A stretch of 17,672 nucleotides of DNA, taken from the NCBI GenBank assembly GCA_001179505.1, contig CDMY01000818.1, forward strand, positions 1 through 17,672, written 5' to 3'. The position numbers and the translations under genes were made by a program. This document shows positions 10,010-17,672 of the stretch, in pieces. Position 1 is the stretch's first letter; the number at the start of each line of letters is the position of its first letter. The notes beneath the pieces are model-generated. The model did not search any database and was not told the DNA's origin. It saw only the letters and a list, made by a program, of their open reading frames with translations. Source of the stretch: Vitrella brassicaformis CCMP3155. Its lineage: Eukaryota > Protista > Chromerida.

Positions 10010-11306
10010 CGTGCCGAAGCAACAGATCTCAGGAGAATGACTCAAGTCATATCGGATGCCAACGATAACGAATCATGAAACACAACCGGCACTAACTCGT
10101 TTGGCCAACTTCTCTATCTCCCGTCTTACGCCCCCAGGCCCACGCATGCATGCACTGCAGCCTTATCTAGCGCTCTTATTCATCAGCAGCCCTCTATCTT
10201 CCCTGGCTGCCTCCCCTGTGCCCATCTACGGCTTGTCGTCCTGCCTGCCTACACACGGCTACCATCCTTCAGCCTGTCATCCATCAGCATCAGCATCAGC
10301 TCCATCCATCCATCCATTCATCCAGGGCTGCATCCTCCCCATCGGCACACGGTCCACGGCATCCAATCCATCCGTCCATCACGTCCAGACACCTACGTCC
10401 ACACTTCCAGTCATCTGAGCCGAGCGCCTTCATCAGGGCCACAGACAGGGGCGAAGGGCATCGTGAGCACTTCGCAACACAACCCCGCCGGTCAAGCGCG
10501 AGGCACACGGCTTCGACAATGGATTCGAGCGCGAAACAGGGAAAGGAGGCCCACAAAAGCTCGCAGGCAGGCAGCGAAGTGAGAGCTCGAGGGAAGGAAG
10601 GCAAAATCGACGCCAGCAGCAAGGCTTTATCGACAGCAGCACCAGGTAGTGAAGCAGCAGGTCCCTCGGGACTTCCAATCGTCAGGCCAGGGGAGAGGGG
10701 CTCGACACTGACGCAGAGAGGTGAAGGGGAAGGTCCTCATTAAAACCAATATCAGCAAGGCAGGTAAGCCATGACAGACAAGGCAGCAAGATCAGGGTAG
10801 GTGTCCGAGTCGTCTGCAGCCGATTGGTGTGCTGTGTGTCGTTGGTCAGTCAGCGGACACCAGGGATGGGCAGAAAGAGCAGTCCTTCCGGGAGAAGACG
10901 AGAGGTCGACACGTCCAAGAGCCTTCACTTGACTCAGGGCACTTGTGAGTCCAGAGTAAGCCGCTCAGCACGGACAGGGGGCTTCACCATCAGGATCAGA
11001 GGTACGCACAGTGAGGAAGGAGGAAGAAAAGCCTCTGCACCGACTTGAGCACGGTCCTTGACTGGCATTCTCTTCAGATGATATCCAGCTGCATTATGAT
11101 GACGACTTCAGACGGCAGGGGACATCGAGGACGACAGCAATGGCCTCCAGTCGGCCGACAAGGGCAAGGTAGGCAAGTGACAGCATAAGGGCAGCCAGCG
11201 GGGCGTGTGACGGCACACCAGACCGGATCAGCAATGGTCAGCTGGGCGCCCGAGCGAGGAAGAAGAACTCCAGATAGGGCATCAGGTGGATCAAGTAGAC
11301 GAGGGA
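10010..11306 (-). mobile_element. Additional copy of the Gypsy 3' extension (LTR and/or 3' non-pol region); true left end probably ~9750-9853
   Basis: Aligns end to end with 11607-12868, with roughly 35 substitutions and indels of 1, 1, 6, 1, 3, 27 and 1 nt. It is cut by the gap on the right, and its left boundary cannot be fixed because the partner copy starts at a gap. Confidence 0.75.
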
Positions 11307-11606
11307 NNNNNNNNNNNNNNNNNNNNNNNNNNNNNNNNNNNNNNNNNNNNNNNNNNNNNNNNNNNNNNNNNNNNNNNNNNNNNNNNNNNNNNNNNNNNNN
11401 NNNNNNNNNNNNNNNNNNNNNNNNNNNNNNNNNNNNNNNNNNNNNNNNNNNNNNNNNNNNNNNNNNNNNNNNNNNNNNNNNNNNNNNNNNNNNNNNNNNN
11501 NNNNNNNNNNNNNNNNNNNNNNNNNNNNNNNNNNNNNNNNNNNNNNNNNNNNNNNNNNNNNNNNNNNNNNNNNNNNNNNNNNNNNNNNNNNNNNNNNNNN
11601 NNNNNN
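11307..11606. other. Assembly gap (300 N)
   Basis: Exactly 300 N, the same length as the second gap, so probably a placeholder. Confidence 0.99.
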
Positions 11607-12335
11607 CGTGCCGAAGCAACAGATCTCAAGAGAATGACTCAGGTCATATCGGAAGCGAACGATAACAATCATGAAACGCAACGGGCACTAACTCGTTTGG
11701 CCAACTTCTGCTATCTCCCGTCTTACGCCCCCAGGCCCACGCATGCATGCACTGCAGGCTTATCTAGCGCTCTTATTCATCAGCAGCCCTCTATCTTCCC
11801 TGGCTGCCTCCCCTGTGCCCATCTACGGCTTGTCGTCCTGCCTGCCTACACACGGCTACCATCCTTCAGCCTGTCATCCATCAGCATCAGCTCCATCCAT
11901 CCATCCATTCATCCAGGGCTGCATCCTCTCCATCAGCACACGGTCCACGGCATCCAATCCATCCGTCCATCACATCCAGACACATGCGTCCACACTTCCA
12001 GTCATCTGAGCCGAGCGCCTTCATCAGGGCCACAGACAGGGGCGAAGGGCATCGTGAGCACTTCGCAACACAACCCCGCCGGTCAAGCGCGAGGCACACG
12101 GCTTCGACAATGGATTCGAGCGCGAAACAAGGGGAAGGCAGCCCACAAAAGCTCGCAGACAGGCAGCGAAGCGAGAGAGCGAGGAAAGGAAGGCAAAATC
12201 GACGCCAGTAGCAAGGCGTTGTCGACAACAGCACCAGGTAGTGAAGCAGCAGGTCCCTCGGGACTTCCAATCGTCAGGCCAGGGGAGAGGCGCTCGACAC
12301 TGACGCAGAGAGGTGAGGGGGAAGGTCCTCATTAA
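11607..12335 (+). CDS. Antisense ORF or exon(s) in the Gypsy 3' extension, unknown product (242 open codons, 5' end in the gap)
   Basis: RAEATDLKRMTQVISEANDNNHETQRALTRLANF...HKSSQTGSEARERGKEGKIDASSKALS...GEGEGPH*. In the first and last thirds, 8 of 17 substitutions versus 10010-10743 are synonymous. The other copy has candidate ATGs at 9941 and 9989. Confidence 0.45.
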   Translation, partial: RAEATDLKRMTQVISEANDNNHETQRALTRLANFCYLPSYAPRPTHACTAGLSSALIHQQPSIFPGCLPCAHLRLVVLPAYTRLPSFSLSSISISSIHPSIHPGLHPLHQHTVHGIQSIRPSHPDTCVHTSSHLSRAPSSGPQTGAKGIVSTSQHNPAGQARGTRLRQWIRARNKGKAAHKSSQTGSEARERGKEGKIDASSKALSTTAPGSEAAGPSGLPIVRPGERRSTLTQRGEGEGPH

Positions 12336-12662
12336 AACCAATATCGACAAGGCAGGTGAGCCATGACAGACAAGGCAGCAAGATCAGGGGCGTCCGAGTC
12401 GTCTGCAGCCGAGTGGTGTGCTGTGTGTCGTTGGTCAGTCAGCGGACACCAGGGATGGGCAGAAAGAGCAGTCCTTCCGGGAGAAGACGAGAGGTCGACA
12501 CGTCCAAGAGCCTTCACTTGACTCAGGGCACTTGTGAGTCCAGAGTAAGCCGCTCAGCACGGACAGGGGGCTTCACCATCAGGATCAGAGGTACGCACAG
12601 TGAGGAAGGAGGAAGAAAAGCCTCTGCACCGACTTGAGCACGGTCCTTGACTGGCATTCTCT

Positions 12663-13535
12663 TCAGATGATATCCAGCTGCATTATGATGACGACTTCAG
12701 ACGGCAGGGGACATCGAGGACGACAGCAATGGCCTCCAGTCGGCCGACAAGGGCAAGGTAGGCAAGTGACAGCATAAGGGCAGCCAGCGGGGCGTGTGGT
12801 CAGCTGGGCGCCCGAGCGAGGAAGAAGAACTCCAGATAGGGCATCAAGTGGATCAACAGACGAGGGAAAGTCAAAACTGCAGAGATGGGCCACGAGCACG
12901 CGCCAAGAGGGATGGCGCACATGGCTCTTAAAACGAGATGTGGTCTGTGCACTCCAGGTGTCGCGAGAAGTGCTGGTTGCCAACGAGAACGAAGAGATAC
13001 GCGTCAAGACATCAGAGCGGTGAGTATCAGATGGCAACATCCAAGGAAGCGAACATCCAAACATGTCGACGTGTCCACCCTGCATCCCATAGGCATCGAA
13101 CTGGCACATCGAGGACGAAGGAGATCGAGGACGACGGAGATTGAGCGCGACAGAGATCGAACCGGTCATCACCAACGGCCAGACACAACACATCCCGGTG
13201 ACCCACATGACACACACTGCCACAGATGGCTCATTGGCTGATGACAAATAGCCGTATGGTGACTGTTCAGGTGGGTCAGCGTCCCTTGCGAGAGCGGAGC
13301 TGCATGGGTCGTGGAGCAGCCGTGATGGCCCGCCTTGCCCTCTTCTGACGCTTGTCATTGAAGGCCATCCCGGTCTCATACGCTCGGAGGGCATCTTGGT
13401 CAGACAGCTCGCTCTCATTCTCCCAAGCGGGCAAACGACCCTCACGACGCACGTAATACCGAGCATGCGAGGCGGTGCGGGTGTGGCGGATGATCTCGCG
13501 GATGGGTGGCTTCTCAATCTCCATGTACACATCAT
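12663..13535 (-). CDS. Hypothetical 290-aa ORF overlapping and following the pol stop (env position)
   Basis: Open in copy A, with a hydrophobic stretch and a Cys/Pro-rich tail. It is frameshifted in copy B and shows no clear synonymous bias. Confidence 0.2.
   Translation of the reverse strand: MMCTWRLRSHPSARSSATPAPPRMLGITCVVRVVCPLGRMRASCLTKMPSERMRPGWPSMTSVRRGQGGPSRLLHDPCSSALARDADPPEQSPYGYLSSANEPSVAVCVMWVTGMCCVWPLVMTGSISVALNLRRPRSPSSSMCQFDAYGMQGGHVDMFGCSLPWMLPSDTHRSDVLTRISSFSLATSTSRDTWSAQTTSRFKSHVRHPSWRVLVAHLCSFDFPSSVDPLDALSGVLLPRSGAQLTTRPAGCPYAVTCLPCPCRPTGGHCCRPRCPLPSEVVIIMQLDII
12958..13144 (+). CDS. Candidate last two exons of the antisense unit
   Basis: ctccag|12958-13019|gtgagt encodes VSREVLVANENEEIRVKTSE(R) and is identical at 16675-16736. 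A 73-nt intron ending cccatag is followed by 13093-13144, encoding HRTGTSRTKEIEDDGD*. Confidence 0.4.
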
Positions 13536-16365
13536 CGTTCAAGTCCAGGGGCGATAGAGTGGCGGATGGCTGGCGACGATTGGATGAATAGGAAGGTGGG
13601 ATAGCCGAAGATGAGTCATCCTGTGAAGAGGGCGGGTCCACAGGACGTGCATGTGAATGATCCAATCCATCGCCTTGATGTCCAGGTGTGTGTGGGTCAG
13701 GTTGATCAACGGGTGGGCTGTCGGCATCCAGCGCAGAGGCAGCCAAAGATGACGGGAGGTCAGCTGGATCGGAAGGCGCATCAGCTTCAAACTCAACCGG
13801 GCTGGGGTCTTCCACCGAGCCGGCCACGGGCAGTCCGACAGCATCATCGGCAACCACGGCATCCAGGGGAACGACGTCCACACTGAGATGCTCTTCACGC
13901 TCTTCGACTTGTGGATCGGCTGGGCCGGCAGCCTGCTCGTCTGCCGGGGGAAGGGCATCGATGGGTGGAGGGACATCCGCAGAAGCGTCCTCAGCCAATC
14001 CGTGTCCGCCTCCCAGCGATCCACCGGCGCCATCGTCCTCTTGAGGCGGGAATGACTGTGGTGGCTGAGGGGCAGGCCCGTCCGGCTGTCCATCCCCTTC
14101 TCCTGCTTCTGAGCCGACGTGCGTGTCCTTTGGCCGATATCTGAAGAGCGGACGATTCTTGTCTGAGAGGGGTAAGTCGAGGTAGGGGCGCATGCGGCGC
14201 ATGTGGACTGGCTTGCTGCGTGTTGCCCCTTCTCCTGCAGGACGGACAACATACACCATCGGGCAGTTCTCCATCTGCTTGACGACACGATACGGCCCGG
14301 TGTATCGCGGCGCGAAGGCGGCACCCTTCTTCGCTGGATCCCCCACAGTCACCCACACCTTCTCTCCGACCTTGTATTCCCTGGGCGGCACGGGTGGCGA
14401 TCGCCGCATCCTCTTGTCCCGCTCTGCGTCGCGATTGGCACGACACTTTTGCTGGACGGCCTTGAGCTGCTGGATCAGGACCTTGCGGTAGTCGTTCCTT
14501 CTCATGACGATGGGCTGCTCCCACGCGACCATGACGTCCAGCGGCAGGCGAGCTTCTCGTCCGTAGAGGGCCTCGAAGGGCGACATGCCGGTGGCTTCGT
14601 TCCTGGCCGTGCGGATACTGAAGAGGATGAGGGGAAGGAGCACGTCCCAGTCCGTCCGGTGAGAAGCAACGTACCTAGACAGGACCTTCTTGATGTTCTT
14701 CACCATGCTCTCCGCCTGTCCGTTCGTCTCAGGGTGATACGAAGACGAGAAGATGCGACGAGCCCTGAAGATGGCACACACCGCGTCAACCAACTCATTG
14801 AGGAAGTGGGAGCCTCGGTCGGACAAGAGGCGTCGAGGGCAACCGTGCCGAGCGACGATGAGATCGACGAATGCTTGCGCAACCGACTCTCCGTCAGCAA
14901 CGGGGAGTGCCACAGCCTCAGGCCAGCCCGTCAGCTGATCAACAAACACGAGTATATAGTGGTTCTTCCTGTCCGTCTCCACATACGGCCCCATGAAGTC
15001 GACGGCAACCGACGAGAAGGCATCCTCATGGATGGGGAGGGGCATCTGAGGATACTTCTCTTTGCGGTGGGGACGGAACGCTTGACAAACGGGGCAGCAG
15101 CCCACCCAGGTGGCCACATCACCATTCATCGTCGGCCACCAGAAGCGATTGGAGATGCGATCGATCGTGCGCACGACCCCCATATGGCCCGCCAGCGGTG
15201 AGTCGTGGCAGTTGCTGAAGACGAGCATGCGGAGGGAGGGTGGCACGACGATACGTGGCGCCCTGGGGATGGGCGTCCTCCCTCTGTCGGGCTTCCTCAT
15301 CAACAGCCCGTCGATCACGTCATAGTGGCCCATCTGTCCCGCGAGCTCCACCTGTCTTGCCAACGCCTCGTCGTCTGGCAGCGTCCTGTCCTTCGAGTCA
15401 CTTTGTAGGTAGAGAATGAGCGCACTGATGTAGGGGTCCTTCTGCTGTTCCTCTCTGAATGTGTCCAGGTCCACCACCGATGGTTCATCAGCTGCAAGGG
15501 AGGCCATGAGACGAGGTGCCATGTCCTGGGCCGTCACTGGCGCCTGGAGCCGCGGGAGAGGGTCCCAGTGCGATGCTTGGACCCGTGAGAGGGCGTCAGC
15601 CAGGTGGTTCTCTCTGCCGGGCTTCCAGATGACCGAGAAGCTGTAGTGCTGCAGCAAGACGGACCATCGGAGCAGCCGTGGATTCCCCTTCTCGTACGCC
15701 TTGGGCAGGGACTGCAGACTGCGATGATCGGTGACGACCGTGAAATGCACGCGATACAGGTACGGACGAAAGTACTTGATGAAGTTGATGACAGCCAGGG
15801 CCTCTCTCTCTTGTGCGGCGTAGGTTGGCTCGTTGCCGCGGAGCTTCCTGCTGGCGTAGGCGACTGGTCGATCGATGCCGACGGCTTCATCCCGTTGCGT
15901 CAGGGCTGCACCGATGGCAACGTCACTGGCGTCTGTCTTGAGGATGAACGGCTTGGTGTAGTCGGGGTAGGCCAGGATGGGGGCTCTGCAGAGGAGGCCC
16001 TTGAGCACCTCGAAAGCCGTCGTGCATTCATCGGTCCAGTGCTCTGAGTAGGTGTACTTCAGGTCCTTCTTCGTGAGCTCCGTCAGTGGGGCGGCGATGT
16101 GAGCATATGCAGGCACGAACTTGTGGTAGTAGCCGGTCATGCCGAGGAAGGCTCGGATGTCCTTCTGCGTCTGCATGGACGTGTGCTGCATGTTCTCGAT
16201 TGCAGCGATCTTCTCTTCCTCGGTCGCGATGCCCTCCTTGCTCACACGGTGACCCACCAGCGAAATCTCAGGATAGCCGAAGTAACACTTGGCTGGTTTG
16301 ATCTTCATGTTGTGATCGCGCAGGCGCTCCAGCACCAGAGCCAGACGTCGCAGATGCTCAACCCA
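13276..16365 (-). CDS. pol: Gypsy Pol polyprotein, C-terminal ~1029 aa: RT C-terminus, RNase H, integrase, GPY motif, acidic linker, chromodomain-like
   Basis: RT: EHLRRLALVLERLRDHNMKIKPAKCYFG...FLGMTGYY. RNase H: TDASDVAIGAAL, ASRKL, YAAQEREALA, TDHRSL, ADALSR. Integrase: HDSPLAGH...CPVC, VDFMGP, SDRGSHF, ETNGQAE. GPY motif: RYTGPYRV. No stop until 13276; the 5' end (YxDD, protease, gag) falls in the gap. Confidence 0.97.
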   Translation of the reverse strand, partial: WVEHLRRLALVLERLRDHNMKIKPAKCYFGYPEISLVGHRVSKEGIATEEEKIAAIENMQHTSMQTQKDIRAFLGMTGYYHKFVPAYAHIAAPLTELTKKDLKYTYSEHWTDECTTAFEVLKGLLCRAPILAYPDYTKPFILKTDASDVAIGAALTQRDEAVGIDRPVAYASRKLRGNEPTYAAQEREALAVINFIKYFRPYLYRVHFTVVTDHRSLQSLPKAYEKGNPRLLRWSVLLQHYSFSVIWKPGRENHLADALSRVQASHWDPLPRLQAPVTAQDMAPRLMASLAADEPSVVDLDTFREEQQKDPYISALILYLQSDSKDRTLPDDEALARQVELAGQMGHYDVIDGLLMRKPDRGRTPIPRAPRIVVPPSLRMLVFSNCHDSPLAGHMGVVRTIDRISNRFWWPTMNGDVATWVGCCPVCQAFRPHRKEKYPQMPLPIHEDAFSSVAVDFMGPYVETDRKNHYILVFVDQLTGWPEAVALPVADGESVAQAFVDLIVARHGCPRRLLSDRGSHFLNELVDAVCAIFRARRIFSSSYHPETNGQAESMVKNIKKVLSRYVASHRTDWDVLLPLILFSIRTARNEATGMSPFEALYGREARLPLDVMVAWEQPIVMRRNDYRKVLIQQLKAVQQKCRANRDAERDKRMRRSPPVPPREYKVGEKVWVTVGDPAKKGAAFAPRYTGPYRVVKQMENCPMVYVVRPAGEGATRSKPVHMRRMRPYLDLPLSDKNRPLFRYRPKDTHVGSEAGEGDGQPDGPAPQPPQSFPPQEDDGAGGSLGGGHGLAEDASADVPPPIDALPPADEQAAGPADPQVEEREEHLSVDVVPLDAVVADDAVGLPVAGSVEDPSPVEFEADAPSDPADLPSSLAASALDADSPPVDQPDPHTPGHQGDGLDHSHARPVDPPSSQDDSSSAIPPSYSSNRRQPSATLSPLDLNDDVYMEIEKPPIREIIRHTRTASHARYYVRREGRLPAWENESELSDQDALRAYETGMAFNDKRQKRARRAITAAPRPMQLRSRKGR
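13372..13503 (-). other. Chromodomain-like C-terminal module of the integrase
   Basis: IREIIRHTRTASHARYYVRREGRLPAWENESELSDQDALRAYET follows the chromo pattern VE.IL.HR....YLVKW.G....TWEPE..L.....L..Y. Versus copy B there are 5 synonymous and 0 non-synonymous changes. Confidence 0.65.
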
Positions 16366-16366
16366 G

Positions 16367-16666
16367 NNNNNNNNNNNNNNNNNNNNNNNNNNNNNNNNNN
16401 NNNNNNNNNNNNNNNNNNNNNNNNNNNNNNNNNNNNNNNNNNNNNNNNNNNNNNNNNNNNNNNNNNNNNNNNNNNNNNNNNNNNNNNNNNNNNNNNNNNN
16501 NNNNNNNNNNNNNNNNNNNNNNNNNNNNNNNNNNNNNNNNNNNNNNNNNNNNNNNNNNNNNNNNNNNNNNNNNNNNNNNNNNNNNNNNNNNNNNNNNNNN
16601 NNNNNNNNNNNNNNNNNNNNNNNNNNNNNNNNNNNNNNNNNNNNNNNNNNNNNNNNNNNNNNNNNN
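16367..16666. other. Assembly gap (300 N)
   Basis: Exactly 300 N. Confidence 0.99.
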
Positions 16667-17672
16667 CACTCCAGGTGTCGCGAGAAGTGCTGGTTGCCAA
16701 CGAGAACGAAGAGATACGCGTCAAGACATCAGAGCGGTGAGTATCAGATGGCAACATCCAGGGAAGCGAACATCCAAACATGTCGACGTGTCCACCCTGC
16801 ATCCCATAGGCATCGAACTGGCACATCGAGGACGAAGGGGATCGAGGACGACGGAGATTGAGCGCGACAGAGATCGAACGGGTCGTCACCAACGGCCAGA
16901 CACAACACATCACGGTACCCATATGACACACACTGCCACAGATGGCTCGCTGGCTGATGACAAATAGCCGTATGGTGACTGTTCAGGTCGGTCGGCGTCC
17001 CTTGCGAGAGCGGAGCTGCATGTATCGTGGAGCAGCCGTGATGGCCCGCCTTGCCCTCTTCTGACGCTTGTCATTGAAGACCATCCCGGTCTCGTACGCT
17101 CGGAGGGCATCTTGGTCAGACAGCTCGCTCTCATTTTCCCAGGCGGGCAAACGACCCTCACGACGCACGTAATACCGAGCATGAGAGGCGGTGCGGGTGT
17201 GGCGGATGATCTCACGGATGGGTGGCTTCTCAATCTCCATGTACACATCATCGTTCAAGTCCAGGGGCGATGGGGTGGCAGATGGCTGACGACGATTGGA
17301 TGAATGGGAAGGTGGGATAGCCGAAGCTGAGTCATCCTGTGAAGGGGGCGGGTCCACAGGACGTGCATGTGAATGATCCAATCCATCGCCTTGATGTCCA
17401 GGTGTGTGTGGGTCAAGTTGATCAACGAGTGGGCTGTCGGCATCCAGCGCAGAGGCAGCCACAGATGACGGGAGGTCAGCTGGATCGGAAGGCGCATCAG
17501 CTTCAAACTCAACCGGGCTGGGGTCTTCCCCCGAGCCGGCCACGGGCAGTCCGACAGCATCATCGGCAACCACGGCATCCAGGGGAACGACATCAACACT
17601 GAGATGCTCTTCACGCTCTTCGACTTGTGGATCGGCTGGGCCGGCAGCCTGCTCGTCTGCCGGGAGAAGGGC
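16667..17672 (-). mobile_element. Gypsy copy B: pol 3' end plus the first ~315 bp of the 3' extension
   Basis: Collinear with 12951-13957, with scattered substitutions and a 1-nt indel near 16915. Confidence 0.95.
16983..17672 (-). CDS. pol: Pol C-terminus of copy B (acidic linker and chromodomain-like), open to the window edge
   Basis: The frame is open from 17672 (ALLPADEQAAG...). The stop used by copy A is CGA here, so the protein ends ...RKGRRPT*. Confidence 0.9.
   Translation of the reverse strand, partial: ALLPADEQAAGPADPQVEEREEHLSVDVVPLDAVVADDAVGLPVAGSGEDPSPVEFEADAPSDPADLPSSVAASALDADSPLVDQLDPHTPGHQGDGLDHSHARPVDPPPSQDDSASAIPPSHSSNRRQPSATPSPLDLNDDVYMEIEKPPIREIIRHTRTASHARYYVRREGRLPAWENESELSDQDALRAYETGMVFNDKRQKRARRAITAAPRYMQLRSRKGRRPT

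Larger units (their letters stand above)
11607..16366 (-). mobile_element. Ty3/Gypsy (chromodomain-bearing) retrotransposon copy A, truncated by gaps at both ends
   Basis: Open pol at 13276-16365 plus >=1.67 kb of downstream sequence shared with the other two copies (12951-13957 = 16667-17672; 11607-12868 = 10010-11306). Confidence 0.93.

Noticed and set aside
11074-11681. ORFs containing long X runs, also at 16099-16931
   Set aside because: They are artefacts of reading through N gaps of unknown true length.
13539-16301. Overlapping ORFs within pol, for example 14203-15201 (+, 332 aa) and 13539-14324 (-, 261 aa)
   Set aside because: They are explained as shadow frames of a GC-rich coding sequence and have no independent motifs.
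16983-16994. Pol stop lost in copy B (TGA to CGA), as a possible read-through into the 3' region
   Set aside because: It adds only three residues (RPT) before the next stop.
1-17672. CRISPR arrays, rRNA, tRNA, or a primer-binding site
   Set aside because: No regularly spaced repeat-spacer units and no recognisable structural RNA were seen, and the Gypsy 5' end, where a PBS would lie, is not in the sequenced part.

Overview
Eukaryotic genomic window with no prokaryotic-type features. The dense (GT/CA)n, (GACA)n and (ATCC)n microsatellites, short GT-AG introns and moderately high GC resemble the chromerid Vitrella; this is an inference, not an identification. From left to right: (1) 1-~2280, a degenerate Ty1/Copia pol remnant on the minus strand with several stops and frameshifts. 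(2) ~2330-9750, microsatellite-rich DNA with many small plus-strand exon candidates, including 7-nt and 10-nt microexons, plus a diverged hierarchical tandem duplication at ~6360-8550. (3) ~9850-17672, three same-orientation pieces of one Ty3/Gypsy family separated by two 300-N placeholder gaps. The middle piece has an open RT(C-term)-RNaseH-integrase-GPY ORF, then a long acidic linker and a chromodomain-like C-terminus. Downstream of pol the family carries an unusually long (>=1.7 kb, probably ~3.3 kb) 3' extension. This extension has plus-strand splice sites and a reading frame that shows synonymous-biased divergence between copies, suggesting a spliced antisense accessory gene. That is the most interesting signal here, but it remains an inference that needs RNA data and a gap-free assembly.
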